Under the pieces are notes generated by a model. The model saw nothing but the letters and a program-made list of their open reading frames with translations, did no database searches and was not told the DNA's origin. A stretch of DNA of 64,000 nucleotides from Octopus sinensis. Its lineage: Eukaryota. Shown piece by piece: positions 26,529 through 38,300 of the stretch (within the stretch, counting starts at the first letter, position 1; each line of letters starts with the position of its first letter). Both the position numbers and the translations under genes were made by a program. The stretch is from assembly GCF_006345805.1 (NCBI RefSeq), contig NC_043009.1:21638001-21702000 (forward strand), read 5' to 3'.

Positions 26529-28249
26529 AAGCCTGGTATTTATTTTATAGGTCTTTTTACGATGAATTGCTAAGTTACAGGGATGTAAACACACCAACAC
26601 CAGTTCTCAAGCAATGGTAGGAGAAACTAGTACAAAGACACACAATATCATCATCATCATCGTTTAACGTCCATTTTCCATGCTAGCATGGGTTGGACAA
26701 TTTGACTGAGGACTGGCGAACCAGATGGCTGCACCAGGCTCCAATGCATACATATACACACACATATATACATACATACATATGTATATAGTACATTCCA
26801 GCGACAAATATTCTTTTCTACTCTAGGCACAAGGCTCAAAATTTTGGAGGAGAGGAGGCAGTCGATTAGATCAACCCCAAAAGGATGGAAAGCAAAGTTG
26901 ACTTCAGCAGAATTTGAACTCAGAATGTAAAGATAGGTGAAATACCACTAAGCATTTTGCCCAGCATGCTAACATTTCTGCCAGCTCGCTGCCTTACAGG
27001 TTCCAGTGACAAATATTGCCAGATGACTGGTACTGTTTTGACTGCAAGTTTTGTGTCAGAGTATGTTTCTTCTAGAAAAGACACCTTCCTCACAGCATTG
27101 TCAAAAATAACGGGATCCTCTTCTACCCCTGGGAAATCTATTTTACCCATAGATGAAACCTTGATATGGACTACTGTTCTAGGTCAGAAAGGACCTAGGA
27201 GTAATGGTAATTAATGAGGGACTCTATGTTCCCCTTAACTCTGCAACACTCAGACTGGAGTCTCACTACTAAATACAGTATAATGTCATACCCAAGACAG
27301 GAAATCTATTTAACCCATAGAACTTGGGAGTAATGGCAATTACAGGGTGACAGTTTCTATATATCATATTGATTTACAAGGCATTAATTGGAGCAGGGTT
27401 ACAAAGGACATTTACCCAAAGGTGCCATAGGTGAAACTAAACCCCAAACTATGTCCAACCATGCCTACACCTATGAATGTTTGTAAACATCTGTGTGCAT
27501 GTGTACATGTATTCCTTTATTTTTTTATTCTTTTACTTGTTTCAGTCATTTGACTGTGGCCATGCTGGAGCACTGCTTTTTTCTTTGTAAGCCTAATACT
27601 TATTCTAGTGGTCTCTTTTACCGAACTGCTAGGTTACAGGGACGTAAACACACCAACATCGGTTGTCAAGCGATAGTGGAAGGACAAACACAGACACACA
27701 AATACACACACACACAGTTTCCATCTACCAAATCCACTTACAAGGCTTTGGTCGGCCCAGGGCTATAGTAGAAGACACTTGCCCAAGGTGCCATGCAGTG
27801 GGACTGAACCCGGAACTATGTGGTTTGGAAGCAAGCTTCTTACCACACAGCCATGCCTGTGCCTATATATGTTTATGTATTTATTTTCTTTAGAGGACCA
27901 GTATATATTGAGTGATTCTGACACCACTCCTTAAAATCATAGAATACAGGAATGGAACAAACCAATCACAAGAACCTATAGCTCCTAACACTCATCAAAA
28001 TGCAATGTAATGGTTAAACCAAATTCTGAAGAAATAAAAAAAAAAGAAAATAAGCAACTCAGGCATAGGAGTGGCTGTGTGGTAAGTAGCTTGCTTACCA
28101 ACCACGTGGCTCCGGGTTCAGTCCCACTGCGTAGCACCTTGGGTAAGTGTCTTCTACTATAGCCTCAGGCCAACAAAAGCCTTGTGAGTGAATTTGGGAG
28201 AAGGAAACTGAAAGAAGCCCGTCGTATATATGTATATATATATATATAA

Positions 28250-28758
28250 TCATAAATGAGGGTGAAAAATTAGATATTAATTTAATAATACCATTAGTTT
28301 AACACCAAGCGGCCTAGCACGTAAAAACCAGGGAGACAATACAAATTTATCCGTAAATATAAGAGAGTTACCGTTAAATTGGTTAACTCTAGTGCTAGAA
28401 ATAGCTCCTTATTCTGGTATAGCCGCCAACGATGCTTCCACAAAGAAATAACATTACCTTCAACGTAAGGAAAGTGAAATACAATGAAAAGATAGATTAA
28501 TACTGTACAATTGTTTCTTTATCAATATAATATGCAATTATACTCACATATTTATCTATAAATCATCAGCAGTATTTGTCATTGATACAATTTATTAGAC
28601 CCTCACGGGCGACAATTACCCATGCGGTCCAATCGATTGCATACATAGTTGTGATCCCCGCCAAAAGCATATGGTAAGATTTAGTGGGAGCTAATACCGC
28701 ATGTAATATTTACTGCAGCATATTAAATTTATAAATTCATAAATGAGGGTGAAAAATT
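28250..28758 (-). mobile_element. ~490-bp hammerhead-containing retrozyme-like monomer inserted into the internal microsatellite of a SINE
   Basis: cataaatgagggtgaaaaatt occurs at both ends (~28251 and ~28738); SINE halves flank it; homologous to 45318-46300. Confidence 0.75.
28499..28576 (-). ncRNA. Type-I hammerhead ribozyme with canonical core
   Basis: Minus strand AAUACUG-CUGAUGA-UUUAU...AUAAA-GAAAC-AAUU-GUA^-CAGUAUU: perfect 7-bp helix I, helix II, palindromic helix III. Confidence 0.85.
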
Positions 28759-28970
28759 TATGCTTGTGTGTCTGTGTTTGTCTCCCCAACATCACTTGGT
28801 GTGTTTATGTCCCCCATAACTTAGTGGTTCAGCAAAAGAGACTGATAGAATAAGTACTAGGCTTACAAAGAATAAGTCCCAGGGTCGATTTGCTCGACTA
28901 AAGGCGGTGCTCCAGCATGGCCACAGTCAAATGACTGAAACAAGTAAAAGAGTAAAACAGAAAAACTCAC

Positions 28971-29142
28971 CTGGATATGGTGTGCCAATGCAGTTCCAAT
29001 TCTGTAGCGTGCTGACATACCTGCCGGCAATTTATTGGGCAAATCAAGTGCATTGTTAATAGCTTTCAAGCACTTAGCTGCTGCAGACACTATTACATCA
29101 GTTGTAAACTGCTGGAGATTTGTAACATCGTCATCAATGAAG
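28971..29142 (-). CDS. CCDC22: CCDC22 exon 2 (C-FIDDDVTNLQQFTTDVIVSAAAKCLKAINNALDLPNKLPAGMSARYRIGTALAHHIQ)
   Basis: acag| acceptor and |GTGAGT donor; similar to human FTTELVVEAVVRCLRVIN...LPLAMSARFRLAMSLAQ; 172 nt, brings the running total to 222 (phase 0). Confidence 0.95.
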
Positions 29143-29419
29143 CTGTGTATAAATATAAGACAAATAAAAAAACTCATGGGTTTGTAGGAGAGAAGAGGAT
29201 TCATTCATCCACCATCATCGCTTTAACATCCACTTTTCCAATGCTTGCATGGGGGCTGGATGAGTTTATTGAAGTACTTTCTTTCTACAGCCAGATGCCC
29301 TTCCTGTCACCAACCTTTACTTGTTTCCAACTAAGTTAATATTTTCTCATAATTAGATAGGTATTGAAAAAGTACCCTCAAAGTGTTCATGCTAAAAATG
29401 CAATAGAATTTTCTTTCCA

Positions 29420-29458
<39 letters not shown>

Positions 29459-29463
<5 letters not shown>

Positions 29464-29973
29464 CAAAATGGGACAAGAATGCAAAACATCTGGACATCTA
29501 GGTGATACAAAAATGGGACAACAAAACATCCAGATAGATGATATAAAGAAAACAAGGACAGGTCATTCGAAGTTTTCCTCATTCAAGCACCAGAAAACTT
29601 TGAATGACCTGTCCTTGTTTTCTTTATATCATCTATCTGGATGTTTTGTTGTCCCATTTTTGTATCACCTAGATGTCCAGATGTTTTGCGTTCTTGTCCC
29701 ATTTTGTATTTATATATATATATATATAAAATATATGGGACAAGAATGCAAAACATCTGGACATCTAGGTAATACAAAAATGGGACAACAAAACATTCAG
29801 ATAGATGATACAAAGAAAACAAGGACAGGTCATTCGAAGTTTTCCTCATTCAAGCACCAGAAAACTTTGAATGACCTGTCCTTGTTTTCTTTATATCATC
29901 TATCTGGATGTTTTGTTGTCCCATTTTTGTATCACCTAGATGTCCAGATGTTTTGCGTTCTTGTCCCATTTTG

Positions 29974-29978
<5 letters not shown>
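29459..29978. mobile_element. Two tandem ~250-bp hairpin MITE-like units embedded in (AT)n
   Basis: Each unit has ~120-bp near-perfect inverted arms (atgggacaagaatgcaaaacatctggac... / ...gtccagatgttttgcgttcttgtcccat) around the loop ctcattcaagcacca. Confidence 0.8.
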
Positions 29979-30017
<39 letters not shown>

Positions 30018-30035
30018 CGGCGTACGTACACTTTG

Positions 30036-30077
<42 letters not shown>

Positions 30078-31071
30078 CGGCGTACGTACACTTTGGTCTA
30101 TATATATATATATAGGATCATTTGTAGAAATACATAAATCCAGAGAAGTACACTCTAAGATGTAGAGCAGTTAATATTATAGTGGGGTAGGCCAGTTTAT
30201 GGGGTTACCCCTCACTGGATGGCATGGGAATGTTTTGGGTGGAGTATCCAAGGTTAAATCTTTCCATATTCATGGGAGACCCATGGCTTCCATAAAATAT
30301 GTAGAAGTGCTGTGCTGGTCAGCTATTTAACAAAAACCATGTGGTCACTGAAAATCTCTGGTCAGGCACAGGGTAACCCCATAAACCAGCCTACCTATGT
30401 GTGTGTGTATGTGTGTGCACACATGCACAATGGGCTTCTTTGAGTTTCCATCAAACAAATTTATTCACAAGTCTTTGGTTGACTCAAGATTATAGAAGGC
30501 AACATTTGCCCAATGTAAGACTGAACCCAAAATCATGTGGCTGGGAAGTAAACTTCTTAACCACACAGCTATGCCTGTGTCTATATTTATAATCTTTTAC
30601 CTTTTTGTCTTTCACTTGTTTCAGTCATTAGATTGTGGCCATGGTGGGGCACAGCTTTGACTAATTTTTAGTTGAATGAATCAACCCCAGTACTTATGTT
30701 TTAAAGCTGGGTATTTATATTATCAGTCTCTTTTGCCAAACCACTAGGTTACAAAAACATAAACACACCAACACCAGTCATCAAGTGGTGGAGGTGGGGG
30801 GACAAACACAAACACACAAATATATATATATATCATCATCATCATCATATATATATATATATGTACATATATATGTGCCGGTGGCACATGAAAAACAACA
30901 TTCAAGTGAGGTCGTTGCCAGTGCCGCTGGACTGGCTCCTGTGCAGGTGGCACATAAAAAACAGATCAGATTAGAGCCTGGTGTAGCCATCTGGCTCGCC
31001 AGTCCTCAATCAAACCCCGTCCAACTCATGCCAGTATGGAAAGCGGACGTTAAACAATGATGATGATGATG

Positions 31072-31112
<41 letters not shown>

Positions 31113-31115
<3 letters not shown>

Positions 31116-31304
31116 ATACTAAGCAATAAGGGTTTAGCAACGAGTTGCCTTACCACATACCGAATTTAGAAATAGCAGTCAAAGGGTTATAGCTATTTCT
31201 TCTACTAAACCCTATTTCTTCTAGCTATAACCCTTTGACTGCTATTTCTAAATTCGGTATGTGGTAAGGCAACTCGTTGCTAAACCCTTATTGCTTAGTA
31301 TTAC
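31113..31304. repeat. Perfect 83-bp inverted repeat with a 26-nt spacer
   Basis: 31113-31195 is the exact reverse complement of 31222-31304, checked base by base. Confidence 0.95.
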
Positions 31305-31739
31305 TTAAATTTTCCTCGAATGAGGCTTTTACATGCCGAAGACTACTTGGTGTAATTGATAATTTTTCCAAATTAATTAATTTCACCCTTCATTATTACG
31401 GATAATTATATATATATATGTATACAACCAGCTTCTTTCAGTTTCTATCTACCAAATTCACTTGCAAGGTTTTGGTCAGCCTAAGGCTACAGTAGAAGAC
31501 ACTTGTCCAAGGTGCCATGCAGTAGGACTGAACCTGGAACCATGTTTTTGAGAAGCAAGCTTCTTACCACACAGCCATTCTTGCGCCTATATAATTTCAG
31601 GTAGAGCAGACACTGGTTACCTTTCCTAGTCAGATGCTTCAACAACTCTGCCAAAAAGAAGGTAGACTGAATGACTGAATCAAGAGAGAGAAAGAAAGAG
31701 ACTACCCATGGACATGCTCCCAAAATCAAAAAGCCAGTG

Positions 31740-32350
31740 CAGCACCTATGACTTTTGGAAACATGTTTATCATGCTGAGAATTGTCGAAGCATGGAAAAA
31801 AACTACCCGCATCAGTTGTTAACTGTCATGACACTGCATCCTTAAAATACGTCATCACAACTCCTGACAGCAACCTATCCCCTCTGTGGCTCTTTTACTG
31901 TGCACTTTTCGGTCTTGTATATTATCCTGTCATGAGTATACTGTGATCGAACTTATGGCTCTCATTGCTGTCTTTATTTACTCGACTTATTGCTGCTTTC
32001 TGGACCCCGTCTTACTCTCTTTTTCACTGAACTACAGTACATCTGAACTGTGTATACAATAAGCTCATTATTATACAAGATTATCCAACACCTTTCCAAC
32101 AACATTTGCCATCTTTTTGAATTCAATATCTCCACCACCCGTCAGCATGGTTATAAAATCATAAAAATCAGTGCAGCATCCATGACTTTCATAAACACTT
32201 TTTCACGCTCAAAACTGTCCATGCATGGAATAAATAAACTACCTGCATCAGTTAACTGTCAAGACACTTCATCCTTCAAAAATCCCATGCTTCCCGAAAT
32301 TCGCCAACTACCATTGACGTAATTATACAACTTTTCTCCTTCATGGTTCT
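31740..32350 (+). mobile_element. Two decayed CR1/L2-type LINE 3' remnants
   Basis: Reads through frameshifts as RQHGYKI..HFFTLKTVHAW..KLPASV, similar to the CR1 C-terminal RGHSLKL..FFSNRVVNAWNSLP. Confidence 0.55.
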
Positions 32351-32749
32351 TTTACAGTACATTTTTCTGCCTTTTATTTAATCCTGTCCTGTGCATTGTG
32401 CATATACTTTTGGTTATCAATGCCGCCTTTACTTTATTTTACTATTTGGCCCTTTTTACCCTTGTAGCTTTCCCCAGCCCTGCATGCGATAAGACCATCA
32501 TCATCATTCTTATAATAATAATTATAATTAAAAATCCTTGTTTATTACAAGTAGGCGTGCATAAGTGATCCAAAATAATCACCGTCCCGCCCATGTATAT
32601 AAAGTGATTACTGAGGAAATATGCACGAATACAGCAAAACGAAGTAAGCTTCTAAAAAGAAAATTCTTCGTGTTTCAAGTAATAAACCCTAGTCGTTAAA
32701 GCAAGCCTGAATCTGAAAAAAATATACTCTAATATATAGATATCCTTAC

Positions 32750-32799
32750 CACTTTAAAGTTCTCAATGAATGGATAATAATTCTGTCAACTTCTTCCAT
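32750..32799 (-). CDS. CCDC22: CCDC22 coding exon 1 (MEEVDRIIIHSLRTLK + TG)
   Basis: Minus strand ATG GAA GAA GTT GAC AGA ATT ATT ATC CAT TCA TTG AGA ACT TTA AAG TG|GTAAGG; matches the CCDC22 N-terminus (human MEEADRILIHSLRQ); 50 nt, phase 2. Confidence 0.93.
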
Positions 32800-33129
32800 T
32801 TTCGACAGACGATCATGTGACCGCAAAGAAGACTAGTTTCGTTTGTCAACAATAACAAATATTCGGCTGTAAAATAAAATTTAATTTAAAATATGGAAAC
32901 AAATTAAATAAATTTATTTAATATTTCTCAAATATATTATTCTTAATAATAGTAGATTTTAATAGAAATTGGATTTTAAAAATATTAATGTTCAGCAGCA
33001 AATAAAATACCCGGGCAATTCCAATTATTTTAGTCTTTGCCTTTAAGTTTTTAGTCTGCCATTACGTTCCGAGTTCAAATTCCGCCGAGGTCAACTTTGC
33101 CTTTCATCCTTTCGAGGTCGATAAATTAG

Positions 33130-34350
33130 GTACTACTAGCGAATACTAGTCCCGGTGCGCGTGCACGCGCAATAACGCGTCCGCGCTTGCTGGTCATAAG
33201 TAGTCGATCCTACAACGACTTGCGCGTATGCACATGAGTTGATTGGCGCATATTTGTTAGCGAACAAAATAAAATAATTTTTTACAGAATAAGATAAAAG
33301 AATTTTTTAAAGAAAGTAAATAAATTATTTCTTAGAACAATGTATATGATTTTTTTACACAAATCAAATAAAAAGCAAAGTAAATAATTTTTTAAACTTA
33401 GTTAATTATTATTTTTTTTTTAATAAACAAACTTTTATAGCGTAGGAGTGGCTGTGTGGTAAGTAGCTTGCTTACGAACCACATGGTTCCGGAGTCAGTC
33501 CCACTACGTGGCACCTTGGGCAAGTGTCTTCTACTATAGCCTCCGGCCGACCAAAGCCTTTTTAGTGGATTTGGTAGATGGAAACTGAAAGAAGCCCGTC
33601 GTATATATGTATATATATTTGTGTGTCTGTGTTTGTCCCCCCAACATCGCTTGACAACCGATGCTGGTGTGTTTAAGTCCCCGTAACTTAGTAGCATGGC
33701 AAAAGAGACTGATAGAATAAGTACTAGGCTTACAAAGAATAAGTCCTGGGGTCGATTTGCTCGACTAAAGGCGGTGCTCCAGCATGGCCACAGTCACGTG
33801 ACTGAAACAAGTAAAAGAGTAAACTAAGATTTTTTTTTTTGAAAAATGTATACAATTTTTTTACACAAATTAAACAAAGTAAATAAAAAGCAAATAGCAA
33901 ATAAAAAAATTGAATATCTCACAGTTTTTGCGATTCGTTCGAAAATGCCACCAAACAATAAAATAAAATATTGAAGTTCATTTGAGTTCATCGAATGTGA
34001 ACCATTCTGAAAGGTGCTTCAGAATGTTTTCAAAACATTCCCTTCCACTTTTTCCATATTGTTCCCTCCACAGAAATTCATCTATGTACGACTTCACCAT
34101 GTTAATGTGTACCCCCATCATTGTCTTAAATCATATACATTGTTCTAAGAAATAATTTATTTACTTTCTTTAAAAAATTATTTTATTTTATTCTGTAAAA
34201 AATTATTTTATTTTGTTCGCTAACAAATATGCGCCAATCAACTCATTTGCATACGCGCAAGTCGTTGTAGGATCGACTACTTACAACTAGCTAGCGCGGA
34301 CGCGTTACTGCGCGTGTGCGCGCATCGGGACCAGTATTCGCTAGTAGTAC
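33130..34350. mobile_element. Foldback/MITE-type element with ~230-bp TIRs, containing a SINE (33420-33823) and itself inserted into a SINE
   Basis: Termini gtactactagcgaatactagtccc / gggaccagtattcgctagtagtac; 33130-~33350 is the inverse of ~34135-34350. Confidence 0.85.
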
Positions 34351-34744
34351 CAATAAATTAAGTACCAGTTGCGCACTGGGGTCGATGTAATCGACTTAAT
34401 CCCTTTGTCTCTCCTTATTTGTCCTTTCTATGTTTAGCCCCTTGTGGGCAATAAAGAAATAAGTCTTTGTAAAGATGCGTAACCTCAAGGTTAGAATATT
34501 TCACCCACGAACGCACAGATACGTTTTTCGAGTGTGCAGAATATATTGTAATATTGTAAATCCTTAATATTTCACTTTAAAGCGTATGTTTTAAAAGATA
34601 TTTAGCCGAAACACCTTATTCCACAACCATGTTTTTCAAACTACCTGATGTGGAGTACCGGCAGTCCCCTCCCCACCTCCAATATGCCAGGGCCGGTAAT
34701 ATTTCTTAGTAATATCAATTTATACCGGAAACAATATATATAAT

Positions 34745-35359
34745 CATAATTAAATCTCAGAATGAGATTGAAACAGTAATCGCTCGATAATGTAAAGTAT
34801 AGAAGCCATCTTATCATGGCTAACCACATTGGGGAGGGGTTGTTACTGTAGCTTTATAGCCCCAAGAGATCATCGTCTCTAAGCTGGCTCTAAACACAAT
34901 ATCTGTGTCTTGGAGTATTTGCAAAGGGAGGCAATCCCTTCCTCGCAAGCCTGAGTGATACGCTCGAACTATTTCGGATGTTTGTCCCTCGTCAACGGGC
35001 GGCAACCACCAGGTAGCGATGAAAGTGAAGACTCCTTTGGCAAATAGATATAAGTTTTTTCTAATGGCGTCTCCACTGATGTCGAAAAACGAACAGTAAG
35101 CATAATTAAATCTCAGAATGAGATTGAAACAGTAATCGCTCGATCCGCCCGTTGACGAGGGACAAACATCCCGAAACTAGTTCGAGCGTATCACTCAGGC
35201 TTGCGAGGAAGGGATGGCCTCCCTTTGTAAATACTCCAAAGACACAGATATTGTGTTTAGAGCCAGCTAGAGACGAAGATCTCTTGGGGCTATAAAGCTA
35301 CAGTAACAACCCCCTCCCCAATGTGGTTAGCCATGATAAGATGGCTTCTATACTTTACA
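34745..35359. repeat. Combined direct and inverted duplication: A(34745-34788) B(34791-35002) C A(35101-35144) B-inverted(35145-35359)
   Basis: 44-bp direct repeat cataattaaatctcagaatgag...cgctcgat; ~212-bp near-identical inverted arms. Confidence 0.92.
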
Positions 35360-38300
35360 ATATATATAATGAATATAATAAAAGTTGACAATCTTTTTTA
35401 TCTTGTATTTATTTTGTAAACAAATAATACAATATTACATAAGCATTTATGCTTCTTTCTTTTCTGGAAACTCGCCGCGTACAAGCAGCTGATGGTGCGC
35501 GGACCACCACTTTAAGTAGCACTGTTCTACAGTATTCTTTTATTTATTTCAGCCATATGACTGTGGCCATGCTGGAGCACCGCTTTGGAGAGGTTTTAAT
35601 CGAATAAATCGACCCCAGGACTTATTTCTTAAGCATAGCACTTATTCTATCGGTTTCTTTGCTGAACTGCTATATTACGGGGACGTACACATACCAACAC
35701 CGGTTGTCAAGCGGTAATGGTCAGGGACAAACACAAGACATGCATATATATATGACGGGCTTCTGGAGTAACACCCTAAAGGATTTTAGTCGAATAAATC
35801 GACCCCAGAACACTTTTTTTTAGTCTAAAACTTATACCATCATTTTTTTTTTTATAAACTGCTAGGTTATGAAGACTTGTAGAAACCAGCACTGGTTGTC
35901 AAGTGATGGTGGGTGACAAACACACACACACATACATGACAGGCTTCTTTCAGTTTCCGTCGATCAGCTTCACTCACAAGACTTCGGTCGTCTCGGGGCT
36001 ATAGTATAAGGCACTTGTCCAAGGTGCCATGCAGTAGGAATGAACCCGGAACCGTGTGGTCGGAAAGAAAACTTCTTACCATATAGACACACTTATACCT
36101 ATGTTAAAGAAATTTTTCTTTTTAAATTTGAAAGAAAATTTCCACAGAAAAGAAACCTCTACTTTTTCAGCTATTCGACACCTTTCTCATAATCAGAGCA
36201 ACAATTAATAGATAAATACGTAAATAATCCCAATGAAAATAGCGGCGGGGGTGCACAATAGAAACAACATCACAACTATATATCTATACCGAATACTTAA
36301 GATTTTGTACTATAGTAGGCTAAACATAAACACGGAATGTTTTTGTACTTTTTTTCCTTTTGCTCTTTGTCTTTTTTTATTGTGTTGTCCAATTTCATGT
36401 CGATAATCGATAATCTTTTCTATTATAGGCACAAGGCCTGAAATTTGGTGGGGAGGGTAATAGTAGATTGCATCGATCCCAGAGCTCAGCTGGTATTTGT
36501 TTCATCAACCGTAATCCGAACTAAGGATGTAACCAAGCAAGCTTCTCAACGTCTAATGCAAGGGAGAAAACTCTTCCACTTCCCTTTATTTCAGTTTCTG
36601 TAATAAATTCATTACAAGACTGCTTTTTGACATGGAAAATTTTCAAAAGAATGTAAAGAGTCAAAATTAGGGTCGGTAAAGTTTGTCAGTAAAATATAGA
36701 CATGGATTCTATGATTTATGGGAAAATCATCACCACCACCATTGAATACAGTTTTTGATTCAAGCATGAGCTGGACAGGAGCTAGAGAAGCAGAGGACTG
36801 TCCCAAGTTACAATATCTGTTTTGGCATGGTTTCTTTGGCTGGACACCCTTTCTAATGCCAACCACTTTACAGAGCATACTAAGTTTTTTTTTTACATGC
36901 TACCAGCACCAGTGAGTTCACCAAATAACTCACAGGACAATGCTCCTTAACAGGTGGAGTAGCTTTATTCCAGGTGATGAAAGATTAAGGCATAAGAGGG
37001 ATAGGAACAGGCACCTTGCAGCAGGGAAGATACCATTATTTTTCTCATGTCTTCTGCATATATATATGTATATTTTCTCTTCTGTGTCAGTTGCTCTGTA
37101 TTCCCCATTAGCTCTTTCATGCTACCCTGTTCTGTGTTTTATGCCAGGACTTCTGCTCTTTTTACTCTTTTACTTGTTTCAGTCATTTGACTGCGGCCAT
37201 GCTGGAGCACAGCCTTTTAGTCGAGCAAATCGACTCCAGGACTTATTCTTTGGAAGCCTAGTACTTATTCTATCAGATCTTTTTGCCGAACCGCTGAGTT
37301 ATGTGGATGTAAACACACCAGCATCAGTTGTCAAGCGATGTTGGGGGGACAAACACAGACACACAAACATACACACATATATACATACATATATACGACG
37401 GGCTTCTTTTAGTTTCCGTCTACCAAATCCACTCACATTGCTTTGGTCAGCACTTGCTCGAGGTGCCTCGCCATGGGACTGAACCCAGAACCATGTGGCT
37501 GGTAAGCAAGCTACTTATCACAAAGCCATTCCTGCAGTCTAAATTTTATTTATATGTCCTTTCTGATACCGTGTGAAAATGCATGGTCTTGTGGTTAGTG
37601 TTGCACTCACAATTACAAGATCATAGTTTCAATTCCTAGACCGGGCAGTGTATTGTGTTCTTGAACAAAAAACTTTACTTCACATTGCTTCACTGCAGTG
37701 GTCTGGCTTCCCATTTAAGTGGAATGTTGTGATCTTAGTCACTTGTATGCCATGGAAATGGGGCAACTGGCCTTATAAGGCCTAGGACTTGAGACAGAAC
37801 TTGTTATGATTCCATGTTAACATAAGTAAGATGGGATGTTGTTTTAGTTTCTGATGTTTAGAATTTGCATATCAGAAAAATATTCCTTCACCAACAGCTA
37901 TTCTGTCTTCAAGTTAATTAATCAAGAATCAGACAGAGGCTGAAGCAAAAATAATTCCTATAGTCTAGTGAGATACCTTGGCTAAAACAACAGCTGAACT
38001 CATGACCCAACAGTAAAAAAAAAATTTAGTAAAAATTTACACAGAGAATAGGTGCAGGAATGGCTGTGGTAAGTAGCTTTAGGCACAGGAGTAGCTGTAT
38101 GGTAAGTATCTATAGGCTGTGTGGTAAGTAGCTTGCTTACCAACCACATGGTTCCAGGTTCAGTCCCACTGCATGGCACCTTGGGCAAACAAATGTCTTC
38201 TACTATAGTGTCCAAAGCCTTGTGAGTGGATTTGATAGATGGAAACTGAAAGAAACCTGTCGTATACAAGTGTTTGTGTGTGTGTATTTGTCTCCCCACC

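Noticed and set aside
35465-35535. Short GC-rich island suspected to be 5S rRNA or an snRNA
   Set aside because: No recognisable match to 5S, U snRNA or tRNA motifs
36940-37482. 180-aa ORF
   Set aside because: The second half is SINE sequence and the first half resembles no known protein
37870-38005. Exon-like unique island (..DTLAKTTAELMTQQ)
   Set aside because: In-frame stops and no usable acceptor in the open frame
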